Assembly (NCBI GenBank): GCA_959600635.1
Contig: CAUGMN010000003.1
Coordinates: 6,527 to 70,526, forward strand
Source of the DNA: an uncultured Eubacteriales bacterium
GTDB taxonomy: Bacteria > Bacillota > Clostridia > Oscillospirales > QAMX01
Reading direction: 5' to 3'
DNA: 64,000 nucleotides
This document shows positions 17,508 through 27,363 of the stretch, piece by piece (the first letter of the stretch is position 1; each line of letters opens with the position of its first letter). The notes under the pieces are model-generated. The model saw only the letters and a program-made list of their open reading frames with translations. It did not search any database and was not told the origin of the DNA. Made by a program: the position numbers and the translations under genes.

Positions 17508-19430
17508 TTATTCTTCGACCCATGCGTAGAGCAGGCCGTAGGAGAGATCCCAGAATCCGTCGACGTCCCAGTTCTGGAGCTTGTCGTTGTAGACGTCGTG
17601 ATAAATATTGGAGTACAGCGGAATCTCCGGGAGCAGCTCGTTCCAGTGGACGATGAAATCGAACCAATACTGGGCGTAGCTTTCCTTATCGCCTGGCTCA
17701 ACCGCGTAAACCATATCCATGGAGAGCTGGTCGAGCTTTTCGTCGAAGATGTAGTTGGTGTTGTAGCCGGCCGCGACGAGGTCGGGATCCAGCGTAAAGT
17801 TGTACGACTGGTCATAGGCCGGATAGAAGCCGGTCGCCAGGTTGTACATGCCGTAGGTCGGAACGCCGTATGCCTCGCCCTGGGAGGAGTCGCGGTACAT
17901 CCAGTTCAGCAGCTCGGTAAACGTCATGATCTGCTGCTTGATCTGCATACCGGCGTTTTTGACGTTGTCGCTGTTGGCGAGCATGACGCTGAGCAGGTCG
18001 GAGACAGGGTTGCCCTCCGTAGACGCCCACTCGACGATCAGCGGCATCAGGATCGTGCCGTCGGCCAGCGTGACATTGTGCTTGTAGGTGCCGGCTTCCT
18101 CGGCCGTGACCTTCTTATAACGGATGCCGGATTCATAGGCGCCGCCCTCGGCGTTCAGCGTCCAGCCGTCCTCTTCAAGGAGCTTGGTCGCCTCGTCCAT
18201 GCTGAAAGCGTATGTATCGAGCGTCGTGTTGAGCTGGTCTTCCTTTTCCTTATACATCCACATGGCAAAGCCGTAGGGGCCGTGGACAACGGTGCCGAAG
18301 CCGCCGCAGAAGGTGTCGGCAAAGGCGTTGCGGTCAAAGAGATGCGCGATGGCCTTGCGGACGTTGACAAACTGCGTCGGGCCAAAGTCGCACTGGAACT
18401 GGATCTTGCCGTAGCCGTTGCGCTCGTATTTCGTAAAGTCGAAGCCGCCGTTGTCGACGAGCGCGAGCGCCTCCTTGATTTCATCGCCTTCGGAGAGCTG
18501 AACCAGGAAGTCGACCTGACCCGTTTTCAGCTCGTCGATCATCGTCTCAGAGGTGACCTTTTTATAGACCAGCTTCTCGATATTCGGCTTCTGGCCGGTG
18601 TAGTCGCCCTTGTAGTTGTCGTTGATCACAAGCACGGCTTCCAGCGCGGTCTTGTCAAAGCTTTGCAGCGTGTAGGGACCGCAGGAGAGACGGTTTTCAT
18701 TCGCATAGCGGGCGTTTTCAATTGTCTCCGAGCAGTGCTCAAACGTAAATTTGTCGTTGAAGTGCGCGCCTTCGCCCTCGTCGGAGAGATCGACGTCGGC
18801 CGGCAGCCACAGAGCGCGCGGGATCGGCGTGATATCGACGTAGGTGATTTCAAAATAGTACGGCAGGTAATCCGTGGAAACGGTCACGGAGAATTCATAG
18901 TTCCCGAGCAGACGGACGCCGGAGAAAACCCGCGTCGGCTCTTCTTCACCGATATAATTGCCGTCCGCATCCTTTTCTCTGGACGCGGAGTACTCCTGCC
19001 AACCGACAAACGACATGCCATAGGTGCCGCGGGCGCCCATATCCTTAATGATCGGCGAGGAGAACAGCAGGATCTTAGCGACATAGTCCTTGGCGGTGAT
19101 CGGCGTTCCGTCGTTCCATTTCAGGTCTTCCACGAGCTTGACGGTAAACGTCTTGGTGCCGTCTTCGTTGGTCTCCTGGGTAACGGTGGCGACCTTGTCA
19201 TTGTAGACATACTCGGCCTGGCGCGTCAGAGCCACCGGCGAATAACCGTTGATCAGCTCGCGGATATCCGCGTCCGCCGCGTTGTTCTGCCACTGAGCCT
19301 CGCCGAAGTCGCCGGCAAGCTCGGTCGTGTTGCCGATGATCAGCTGGCCGCCGCGGTGATTGGTGCAGCCGGTCAGACCCATTGGGATGATCATGGCAAT
19401 TACGAGCAGGATCAGAATTGCCTTTTTCAT
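17508..19430 (-). CDS. ABC substrate-binding lipoprotein, family 5 (OppA/DppA-like)
   Basis: Lipobox MKKAILILLVIAMIIPMGLTGC; 640 aa; it is the first gene of the operon. Confidence 0.9.
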   Translation of the reverse strand: MKKAILILLVIAMIIPMGLTGCTNHRGGQLIIGNTTELAGDFGEAQWQNNAADADIRELINGYSPVALTRQAEYVYNDKVATVTQETNEDGTKTFTVKLVEDLKWNDGTPITAKDYVAKILLFSSPIIKDMGARGTYGMSFVGWQEYSASREKDADGNYIGEEEPTRVFSGVRLLGNYEFSVTVSTDYLPYYFEITYVDITPIPRALWLPADVDLSDEGEGAHFNDKFTFEHCSETIENARYANENRLSCGPYTLQSFDKTALEAVLVINDNYKGDYTGQKPNIEKLVYKKVTSETMIDELKTGQVDFLVQLSEGDEIKEALALVDNGGFDFTKYERNGYGKIQFQCDFGPTQFVNVRKAIAHLFDRNAFADTFCGGFGTVVHGPYGFAMWMYKEKEDQLNTTLDTYAFSMDEATKLLEEDGWTLNAEGGAYESGIRYKKVTAEEAGTYKHNVTLADGTILMPLIVEWASTEGNPVSDLLSVMLANSDNVKNAGMQIKQQIMTFTELLNWMYRDSSQGEAYGVPTYGMYNLATGFYPAYDQSYNFTLDPDLVAAGYNTNYIFDEKLDQLSMDMVYAVEPGDKESYAQYWFDFIVHWNELLPEIPLYSNIYHDVYNDKLQNWDVDGFWDLSYGLLYAWVEE

Positions 19431-19513
19431 GGTTTTTCCTCCCTTGAACCGTTCGCGCTTTTCGCCGTTCCGTTCCTCCCGTCAAAAAAACACGCCGGTT
19501 TCTGTTTTCAGTC

Positions 19514-19542
19514 ATTATATCACACTCACAACCAAATTACAA
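19514..19542 (-). promoter_or_regulatory. promoter candidate for the Opp-type operon
   Basis: Minus strand reads TTGTAA - 17 nt - TATAAT with TGa extended -10, about 85 nt upstream of the ATG at 19430. Confidence 0.55.
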
Positions 19543-19812
19543 TCAAAAATCCCGCATTTTGTCGATATCTATCACAAAAATTTTTTTTAGTTACACACTG
19601 TTCATCTGTATTTTGAGGCTTTGTGCAACAAATAACGATATGAGGTATTTTGAATCCGGCACAAAACATCATTCGGAGGATATTTTTTATCTCTCTACTG
19701 CTGTAAAGCGTTCCATCCCGCTGTTTCGGCGGCGGGAACGGGCTTTTCCTCCGAAATGGATTTCCCGGCGGCGCCGAACCGCCGGGCCTGCCGCAGAGCT
19801 CCTGATTTTCCG

Positions 19813-19856
19813 CAAAAAATGTGCCGGAGCGGGTGGGCAAAGCCCCCGCTCCGGCA
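19813..19856 (-). terminator. rho-independent terminator after the nitroreductase gene
   Basis: GTGCCGGAGCGGG / CCCGCTCCGGCAC stem followed by TTTTTT on the minus strand. Confidence 0.8.
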
Positions 19857-19919
19857 CGGTGCGCAAGCCGGTCAGAGCCGGCTTTCCTGTTGATTTTCTT
19901 TTCTCAAAGCCGGCGCATG

Positions 19920-20438
19920 TTACAGCCAGGCGACGGCGTCGTCCTTTCGCTGTGCGGCGGCGTTTTTCTGCGCCGCATAGCCGAGCGCGGCGCAGCCCCA
20001 GACGCTGTGATCGTCGGGCAGGCCGAGCGCGCGCAGCGCCGCGCGGACGGCGGGCCGGCCGCACAGCCCCTTGAACTGGTTGATCCAGACCGAGCCGATC
20101 CCCAGCGCGTTGGCCGCTAAAAAGAGATTTTCCAGCGCGCAGGCGCAGTCCTCGACGGCCAGCGGATTGGCGTCGGTGTCGGAGACGAGAATCAGCGCGT
20201 CGGGGCTGTAAAAATCATACGACGCGCCCGCGCCCGTCTCCTCGCCGAGCACGGCGGCGAGGCTGCGAAGCCGCGTTTTGTCCTGCACGACCGTAAAACG
20301 CCGCGTATGCCGGTTGCGGCCGCTCGGCGCGCGCATTCCGGCGAGGACGATCTCTTCCAGTTCGGCGCGCGCGATCGGCTTTTGCTGAAACGCGCGGTCG
20401 CTTTTCCTACTGACGATGCTTGCGATGATCTCGTTCAT
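19920..20438 (-). CDS. nitroreductase family protein
   Basis: MNEIIASIVSRKSDRAFQQKPI...APSGRNRHTRRFTVV. The start is trimmed to the ATG at 20438, which has an AAGGAGGA RBS. Confidence 0.88.
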   Translation of the reverse strand: MNEIIASIVSRKSDRAFQQKPIARAELEEIVLAGMRAPSGRNRHTRRFTVVQDKTRLRSLAAVLGEETGAGASYDFYSPDALILVSDTDANPLAVEDCACALENLFLAANALGIGSVWINQFKGLCGRPAVRAALRALGLPDDHSVWGCAALGYAAQKNAAAQRKDDAVAWL

Positions 20439-20492
20439 TTTATCCTCCTTTTGATATGGGTGGGGGGGGAGATAGGCAGGCGCCCCGGCACA

Positions 20493-20523
20493 GCGGGCGC
20501 GCACACAGGTGCGCCCCTACGGC
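20493..20523. repeat. REP-like GC-rich palindromic element (copy 3, inverted)
   Basis: The reverse complement reads CCGTAGGGGCGCACCTGTGTGCGCGCCCGC, matching the elements at 3578 and 3863. The adjacent CTACGGCATCAAACGGTTTT resembles part of the 52-bp unit. Confidence 0.75.
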
Positions 20524-20698
20524 CGCCGGCGCGCTCCCGCTACGGCATCAAACGGTTTTACCTCCCCGTCGGGGGGGGCGAGTCTATGCGGCCGCCCGAT
20601 CATCCCGCGCCCGACTCTTTGGCGTACCGATTTACGCGCTTGCCGGAACATACGCGCCCCATTCGGCAGGCCGGTTCACGCGCCCGCCGCCGCGTCCC

Positions 20699-22009
20699 CT
20701 ACGGTTTCAGAAACAGCTCGACGACGGGGACGATCACCTCCGGCTTGACGACCGGCAGGTTCAGCACCGTCACGTCCGGATCGCCCGCGGCCGCGTCGCG
20801 CAGCCGCTTATCCTCGAAGAGGATCTCGCTGGCGTCGTGCAAAAACTGCGCGTACCGGACTCTCCCCGTCATGCCTCTGAGGATCAGCGCCTTGAACGGG
20901 TACGCATAGATGTGGACGTAGAGGCGGCTGCCGTCCTCGCTCTGGGTCAAGCGGCAGTCGGCGGGCGCGGTAAATTCCGGCTCGGCCATCGTGCAGCCGT
21001 AAATCGAGCGGCTGTGATACTTCATCCAGCCGGCGTAGACGTTCAGCGCCGCCTCGGCGCGGTGGTCGAAATAGCCGCGCGCCGTCGGGCCGACGTTCAT
21101 CAGCAGGTTTCCGCCGCAGGAGACGGTGTTGATCAGCATTTGAATCAGCATCTCCGGCGACTTCCACGTCGTCTCGTCGCGGTAATAGCCCCACGAGCCG
21201 GAAAAGGTCTGGCACGCCTCCCATGTGACGAGCTCGTTTGTCCGCTCATGGCGGATCCACTGGGTCGGCTGATACTGCTCGGGCGTCCAGAGATCCTGCT
21301 CGATCTCGGTGCGGTTGTCGATGATGATGCCGGGTTGCAGCTCGCGCGCCAGCGCGATCAGCTTTTCAGCCTCCCAGTCGTCCTTGCCCTTGCCCTTCAT
21401 CCAGGCTTTGTCGCCCTCTCCCTTGGCGCCGCTGTAAGAAAAATCAAACCAGAGGATGTCGATTTTGCCGTAGTTTGTCAGCAGCTCGCGCACCTGATTG
21501 CGCATGTACTCGGCGTATTTTTTGATGTCGCGGCCCTTGCTCTGCTCAAAGGCGTCCGGGTCGTCGCGGCGCGGGTGGAGCATGTCGATGGGAAATTCCG
21601 GATGATGCCAGTCAATGAGCGAATAGTAAAAGCCGACGCGCAGCCCCTCGGCCCGGAACGCCTCGACGTATTCGCGCACGAGGTCGCGCCCGGCCGGCGT
21701 GTTCGTGGCCTTATAGTCGGTATATTGGCTGTCGAACAGGCAAAAGCCCTCGTGGTGCTTGGTGGTCAGCACCGCGTATTTCATGCCCGCGGCCTTGGCC
21801 TGCCGCGCCCACTCCTTTGCGTCGTAAAGGTCGGGGTTAAAATGCTCAAAATAGAGCTCATAGTGCTCCTCCGGCGTCTTTTCATGGTTCTTGACCCATT
21901 CGTGCCGCGCCGCCTGCGCGTACAGCCCCCAGTGGATGAACATCCCGAAGCGGTCGTGGGTAAACCATGCGGTGTCTCCCGGCGTCTTTTTCGCCACATA
22001 GCTCGACAT
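20699..22009 (-). CDS. alpha-L-fucosidase (GH29)
   Basis: WFTHDRFGMFIHWGLYA signature, YAVLTTKHHEGF, 436 aa. Confidence 0.9.
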   Translation of the reverse strand: MSSYVAKKTPGDTAWFTHDRFGMFIHWGLYAQAARHEWVKNHEKTPEEHYELYFEHFNPDLYDAKEWARQAKAAGMKYAVLTTKHHEGFCLFDSQYTDYKATNTPAGRDLVREYVEAFRAEGLRVGFYYSLIDWHHPEFPIDMLHPRRDDPDAFEQSKGRDIKKYAEYMRNQVRELLTNYGKIDILWFDFSYSGAKGEGDKAWMKGKGKDDWEAEKLIALARELQPGIIIDNRTEIEQDLWTPEQYQPTQWIRHERTNELVTWEACQTFSGSWGYYRDETTWKSPEMLIQMLINTVSCGGNLLMNVGPTARGYFDHRAEAALNVYAGWMKYHSRSIYGCTMAEPEFTAPADCRLTQSEDGSRLYVHIYAYPFKALILRGMTGRVRYAQFLHDASEILFEDKRLRDAAAGDPDVTVLNLPVVKPEVIVPVVELFLKP

Positions 22010-22044
22010 TTTTCCGCATCCTCCTTATAAAATAAAAAGATTCG

Positions 22045-22073
22045 TCGATTGTAAAACGCAGTTTTACAATCGA
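22045..22073. promoter_or_regulatory. 13-bp-arm perfect palindrome upstream of the fucosidase gene (operator candidate, possibly also a terminator)
   Basis: TCGATTGTAAAAC-GCA-GTTTTACAATCGA, 36 nt upstream of the ATG at 22009. The core TGTAAAAC..GTTTTACA resembles LacI/CcpA-type sites. Confidence 0.5.
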
Positions 22074-22307
22074 GAGACTCGCGCTGATCGCCCTCGCTGC
22101 GCTCGTTTGGCCGGCGCGAGGGCTCGAATTTGAATGGGAAAGCGAGAGTTTTCCAATCGCCTAAAATCAAAAGATCAAAATAAATCGCTCAGTCGTTTCT
22201 GTGGTTTTCCGCCCTGCGCCGACCGCGCGGCGCTGCGGACTATCCGAACCGTCATGAGGCAAACGCGGCGTTTTTTCTTCGCCGCAGGGGATTCGGCGTC
22301 TTTCTTT

Positions 22308-23891
22308 TCAGAACATCATCTGCTCGACGTAATGATCCATAAAACGCGGATCGGCCGACAGCTCGATATACTCCATGCGGTCTCTGAGCCGCGTGAGCGC
22401 CGCGCGCGCCGACGCAGAGCAGAGCGCCGCCGCCGCGCCCGCGCCCGCGCCGTTGCCGACGGAGACGGCGCGCGCCGCCAGCTCCGCCGGATAGAGGCCG
22501 ATTTTCCCGGCGTTAACCGGATCGATCTTGTTGCCGAAGCCGCCGGCCAGATACAGCGTCGTGACCGCTTCGGCGCCGAGGCCCGCCTCGTCCAACAGCG
22601 TCTCGATGCCGCCGGCGATGGCCGCCTTGGCGAGCTGGAGCTGGCGCACGTCGCGGCCGCTGACGAACACATCCTCCGCCACGTAAAACGCCGCTTCTCC
22701 GTCCTCCTGCTCCCGTATGTAGGGCAGCGCCGCCTCCGGCGCTTCGTCCGGCGGCAGCAGCCTGCCGGTCTCGTCGACCGCGCCGAGGTCAAGCATCGCC
22801 GCCAGCAGGTCGATCAGCCCCGAGCCGCAGATGCCGCGCGCTTTTCCGCCGCCGATGACCTCGCAGGCCAGCGCCCCGTTTTGAAGCGCCGCGCGCGCCA
22901 TGGCCCCGTCCGTCCCGCCCATGCCGCAGGCGATGCCCGCGCCCTCGAAGGCCGGTCCGGCCGCTGTGGCGCAGCAAAAAATCCGCCCGCCGGCGGCGAG
23001 GGCCATCTCCCCGTTGGTGCCGATGTCCAGAAGCAGAACCGGCGCGCCGGCGCGGTCCAGCCCCGCCGCCAGCGCCGCGGCGACGATATCGCCGCCGACG
23101 TAACCGGAAACGGCGGGAACGATCAGCATTTCCGCATCCTCCGCAAGCCCCAGCTCCGCGCCGAAGTCCGCCGCAAAGCCCTCGCCGAACAGGCTCTCCG
23201 GCGTAAACGGCAGCTTTGACAGCCGCGCCGGAGAAAGCCCTGTGAAGAGGTGCGCCATCACGGTGTTGCCCGCCACGGTCACGGCGCGGATCTCCGCGGC
23301 GGAGCGCCCCGCATCCGCGGCAGCCGCGGCGAACAGATCGCGGAGCTGGCTGCGGATAAAGCCGGTCAGCCGCAAAAGCCCGTCCGGCTCGGTCATCGAA
23401 TAGGAGATCCGCGAGATCACGTCGGCCCCGCAGCTCCTCTGCCGGTTCGCCGCGCCGCGCACGGCCAGCCGCGCGCCGGTATCGAGATCGTAGAGATAGA
23501 CGACGACCGTCGTCGTCCCGATGTCGACGGCCGCGCCCAAGCCGCCCGCCGCCCAAGGCCGAAACGGGAACGCCGCCGCCGCGCCCTCAGTCAGCACGGC
23601 ATAGCCGGCCGAACGTTTCCCTTCGTCGAGCCGCACCGTGCAGTCGCCCTCGACGCGGGCGCGGCAGGCGAGCCGCCTCCCCGACGGCAGCCCCTGTTCC
23701 TCGGGCGTCGCGGCCGACAGCGCGCCCTCGGCCGCAACCTCGCACTTGCCGCATGTGCCGTTGCCGCCGCAGGGCGCCTCGACCGCATAGCCCGCTTCGG
23801 TCAGCACCGCGTGCAGCGTTTTGCCCTTCGGCGCATGCAGCGCCGTCCTGCTGCCGTCGGCTTCGATGATCGTGATCACTGCTTCCGTCAT
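22308..23891 (-). CDS. RACo-like ASKHA ATPase with an N-terminal 2Fe-2S ferredoxin domain (corrinoid reductive activase family)
   Basis: N-terminal plant-type ferredoxin motif APCGGNGTCGKCEV, a second Cys region, then an actin-like ATPase region (VDIGTTTVVVYL, LLLDIGTNGEMAL). Confidence 0.75.
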   Translation of the reverse strand: MTEAVITIIEADGSRTALHAPKGKTLHAVLTEAGYAVEAPCGGNGTCGKCEVAAEGALSAATPEEQGLPSGRRLACRARVEGDCTVRLDEGKRSAGYAVLTEGAAAAFPFRPWAAGGLGAAVDIGTTTVVVYLYDLDTGARLAVRGAANRQRSCGADVISRISYSMTEPDGLLRLTGFIRSQLRDLFAAAAADAGRSAAEIRAVTVAGNTVMAHLFTGLSPARLSKLPFTPESLFGEGFAADFGAELGLAEDAEMLIVPAVSGYVGGDIVAAALAAGLDRAGAPVLLLDIGTNGEMALAAGGRIFCCATAAGPAFEGAGIACGMGGTDGAMARAALQNGALACEVIGGGKARGICGSGLIDLLAAMLDLGAVDETGRLLPPDEAPEAALPYIREQEDGEAAFYVAEDVFVSGRDVRQLQLAKAAIAGGIETLLDEAGLGAEAVTTLYLAGGFGNKIDPVNAGKIGLYPAELAARAVSVGNGAGAGAAAALCSASARAALTRLRDRMEYIELSADPRFMDHYVEQMMF

Positions 23892-24062
23892 AGTTCGTCT
23901 CCTCCGCGCGGTTCGCGCCGGACAGGGCGCGGGAATTTGTATCCCGCGCTTTTCGCCGCGCAGGCCGCCGCCTCATGCTTTTTCCGGATGACGGGCTCAA
24001 AACCCCTTGCATCCGCGCCAAAAACGTTTGCCCCCATTTTTCAGAGCCCCGTTCTTTTCCAC

Positions 24063-24091
24063 ATTATAGCAACATCGGCCCGCAAACGCAA
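24063..24091 (-). promoter_or_regulatory. promoter candidate for the RACo-like gene
   Basis: Minus strand reads TTGCGT - 17 nt - TATAAT; the leader would be about 165 nt. Confidence 0.5.
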
Positions 24092-24252
24092 GCCTTTTCT
24101 GTTGGCGGATGCAGATCCCGCCGGAGCCGGCTGGCCGTGCCTCTCTCCGGCCGGGCTCCGCCAAATGCCCGCGCGGCTGCGCGGCTCTCTCGCCGGTCTT
24201 TGCCGGCCGTTTTTTTGTTTTCCAACTGAAATTCTTTTCAGAACAGCCCGCG

Positions 24253-26796
24253 TCATCTCTGTCCAAACGCGATAAAATCGATCTGCGGTTCAAACGCGGG
24301 CGTATCCGCATATTCGTCGAAGCCGTAGCGGAATTTGGGATACGCGGTCACCGAAACCTCGCGGGCTTCGCCGGGGAAAAGGGTGAAATACCCCGCGTCG
24401 GCGAGGATGTTGGCGCAGTCGTTCCGCTCCTCCGCGCGGACGTGCAGAGCGGCCTCCGCGCCCGTGTTGGTCACCCGGTAACGCGCCGTATTGCCCTCGC
24501 GGCCGAGCTCTTTGACCTGAATCCGCGGGGAAAGCCGGCGCGCCGGCGCGTACAGGTGATCGCGGTCCGTCGAGAAGAAGTAGCAGCCCGTGGCTTCGCT
24601 CTCCCCCGCCCGCACCGTGACCCGCACGCAGAAAAGCGCAGCCTCCTGTTCGGGGATCCGGAAGCAGACGTCTCCGCACCGAACGGAGCGGTTGGGCAGA
24701 ATCTCCGCCGCCGTCTCCTCCCGGCCGAGCACGGTTCCGCGCATGTCCAGCAGCTCGCAGCAGACGGCCGCCGCCTGCCGCGGCAGACACCCGTCCGCGC
24801 TGACCCAGACGGAGCCGTTCAGCGTCCCGCCCGGGCATACATACAGATTCTCATAGGCAAAGCTGGGGTGCAGCGCGGAAAAGGCGTCCCGCGCCCAGTA
24901 ATACGCCATTTTCGGCTGGTCGAAATAAGTATACAGGTTTGTGCAGGAGACGTTCGGCCACGGCTCGTTGAACTGCCAGATCATGCTGCCGCTGTTGTGA
25001 AACTGCCGCCGGCGGTTGGCTTCCAGAATGAAGCGGAGCCCCTCCGCCTGCATCCACTGGCTGGCCGCGACAAACTCTTCAATCTCCGTCAGCGCGCCGA
25101 AGATCTCCGTGTCTCTCTGCCAGGTGCACCACCAGTCGCCGTGAAAGCGCCAGCTGTCGTTTTCATCCATGGAGACCGGCTTCTGGTTTTCCGCAGCGAA
25201 AATTTTCGGGATCGTCCGCAGCCCGCTCATGCCGTCGCAGCCGAATTCGCTGTGAAAGAGGTTGTCGCTCTGCGCATAGCTCTGATAATGGCGCGGATTG
25301 CCCCGGTATTTCCAGTCGCCGTGGATATCGTGGCTCTTCCCCGGTTCCGAAAGCTGCCATTCGCTGGGGCCGGAGGCCGACGTGGGCAGGAACATGCGCG
25401 CCGGGTCAAGCTCCTCCACAATCGATTTGAGCAGGGCGATATTGGCGTCGTCATAGGTCGCCGGAACCCCGTCCGCATCCGTCAGCTCGTTGCCGCCGCT
25501 CCAAACGGTCAGGCAGGTGTGATTCCGGCGCTCTTTCACGGCGCAGCGGGCCGTTTTCTCCAAAAGCGCCAGAAATTCCGGCCGTTTCGAGGGGATATTA
25601 TCTATGCCGGAGCTGGACTGGATAAATTCCTGCCAGACCATAATGCCGTATCGGTCGCAGAGGCGGTAGAATTCCTCTGTTTCGATGATGCCGCCGCCCC
25701 ATACGCGGATACAGTTGACATGCATATGCGCCGCCGCGCGCAGCGTCGCCTCATACCGCTCCGGCGTCACGTCGCTGTACATCAGATCCAGCGGGACCAT
25801 GTTGACGCCCTTGACATAGATTTTGCGGCCGTTCACCTCAAACGTATAGGGAAACGCGCCCTCCGGCGCGTCTTCGTTCTGCACATAGCGCAGGCGGCGG
25901 ATTCCCTGTTGGTATTCTCTTTCTTCATATATGTACCCGTCCCCGTCCTGCAAGGTCAGGCGGACGTCATACAGCGGCTGCGCGCCCGCGCCGTTCGGAT
26001 ACCAGAGCTGCGGGTCGGCGACGGAGAGGCTGCCCCGCCAGCCAGACGCCTGAACCGGAAAAACCGCCGAAGCCGCGGCTTTCCCGCCCAGAGAGGCCGC
26101 CATTTTGACAAACAGCCGCTCCGGCGTCTCCGGCAGGGAAAAGACGGTTCCGCTTCCGTGCAGAAGGCCGGTGCCGCCGCTGTCCACGTCGCTTGTCAGA
26201 GCGACGTCTTCAAAGCCATACGCCTCGTCCGCTATAATCTCCGCCTTCTGCCAGATGCCGAGGTGAACCAGCCGGGTTGAAAAATCCCATTTATAGTTAA
26301 AGCGGCTCTTCTGCGTGTGCGTCTGCGAGGTCATTCCGATCTGCCCCATCTCGTCCGGCGCATTCCTCAGCAGCACGCGCAGGGTGAGCTGTTCGTTTTC
26401 CTCAAACAGCCGGGTGATATCGAACGAAAAGCGCTCGTACATGCCGGTATGCTCGCCCAGCAGAACCCCGTTCAGATACACCGCGGCCTCATAGTCCACG
26501 CCGTGGAACACCAGCCGGTACCGTTTGCCCCGAATGGCCGGGCGCGCAAACGCGGCCTGACAGACCCACCATTTGTTTTCCAGCCACTCGCAGCGGAGGC
26601 TGTTCTTTTCATAATACGGATACTCGATCCATCCGGCGCGGTACATGGCGAGCGCCACGCTGCCGGGCACGGTATAATCCACCCACGGCGTGATGCCGCG
26701 CAGCTCCTGCCCCGTCTCCATGCTGTTTCCCATCAGCGGGACATACGGATCCATCGCTTTCAGCTGCCACTTTGCGTTCGACAGATCAAAATTCAT
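24253..26796 (-). CDS. glycoside hydrolase family 2 (beta-mannosidase / exo-beta-glucosaminidase-like)
   Basis: 847 aa; GH2 sugar-binding N-terminus, TIM-barrel segment with VWSGGNE acid/base motif. The start is trimmed to the ATG at 26796, which has an AGGAGG RBS. Confidence 0.85.
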   Translation of the reverse strand: MNFDLSNAKWQLKAMDPYVPLMGNSMETGQELRGITPWVDYTVPGSVALAMYRAGWIEYPYYEKNSLRCEWLENKWWVCQAAFARPAIRGKRYRLVFHGVDYEAAVYLNGVLLGEHTGMYERFSFDITRLFEENEQLTLRVLLRNAPDEMGQIGMTSQTHTQKSRFNYKWDFSTRLVHLGIWQKAEIIADEAYGFEDVALTSDVDSGGTGLLHGSGTVFSLPETPERLFVKMAASLGGKAAASAVFPVQASGWRGSLSVADPQLWYPNGAGAQPLYDVRLTLQDGDGYIYEEREYQQGIRRLRYVQNEDAPEGAFPYTFEVNGRKIYVKGVNMVPLDLMYSDVTPERYEATLRAAAHMHVNCIRVWGGGIIETEEFYRLCDRYGIMVWQEFIQSSSGIDNIPSKRPEFLALLEKTARCAVKERRNHTCLTVWSGGNELTDADGVPATYDDANIALLKSIVEELDPARMFLPTSASGPSEWQLSEPGKSHDIHGDWKYRGNPRHYQSYAQSDNLFHSEFGCDGMSGLRTIPKIFAAENQKPVSMDENDSWRFHGDWWCTWQRDTEIFGALTEIEEFVAASQWMQAEGLRFILEANRRRQFHNSGSMIWQFNEPWPNVSCTNLYTYFDQPKMAYYWARDAFSALHPSFAYENLYVCPGGTLNGSVWVSADGCLPRQAAAVCCELLDMRGTVLGREETAAEILPNRSVRCGDVCFRIPEQEAALFCVRVTVRAGESEATGCYFFSTDRDHLYAPARRLSPRIQVKELGREGNTARYRVTNTGAEAALHVRAEERNDCANILADAGYFTLFPGEAREVSVTAYPKFRYGFDEYADTPAFEPQIDFIAFGQR

Positions 26797-26979
26797 ACGC
26801 CTGACCCCTCCTGCGGCTTTTCCGTTAGTATAGCACATTCCCGCGCCGATTCCAAGCCTTTCCGGCAAAACCGGATTCGCCTGACCGCCTTTCGGAATCT
26901 TCCATGCGCCTGTTTGGTTTTCTTGACCCGTATGGTCCGCCGCAGACGCGGCGAAAAAACCGCCCCTTTTCCCCGCTCT

Positions 26980-27348
26980 CTATTTTTTCCCCTTCGATTT
27001 TTTAAAAATCTGCGCCAGTCCCGCGGCGATGAGCAGCACGCCGAAGAGCTTGCGCAGCACGCCTGTCTCCAAAACGTTGGCGAGCAGACTGCCGCCGATC
27101 GCCGCGGCGACGCCGGAGACCGAGCAGATGACGAATACGCGCAGGCGGATCAGCTTGTTTTTGATATGCGAGATCAGGCTCGACGCCGCCACGGGCAAAA
27201 AATAGAGCAGGTTAATGCCCTGCGCGGAGATCTGCTCCACATGGGCGAAATTCACCATATAAATTACCAAAAGCGTTCCGCCGCCGATCCCCATACCGCT
27301 CAAAACCCCTGTGACCGCGCCGACCGCCACGGCGAGCACCTCCGCCAT
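26980..27348 (-). CDS. half-size TSUP (TauE/SafE) family permease, second half
   Basis: 122 aa, 4 TM helices, GMGIGGGTLLVIYM motif, own RBS (GGGGGTGAGG). Confidence 0.8.
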   Translation of the reverse strand: MAEVLAVAVGAVTGVLSGMGIGGGTLLVIYMVNFAHVEQISAQGINLLYFLPVAASSLISHIKNKLIRLRVFVICSVSGVAAAIGGSLLANVLETGVLRKLFGVLLIAAGLAQIFKKSKGKK

Positions 27349-27363
27349 CCGCCCTCACCCCCC

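Noticed and set aside
23892-24062. Cobalamin riboswitch upstream of the RACo-like gene.
   Set aside because: The leader is only ~165 nt, and no B12-box-like core sequence is visible.
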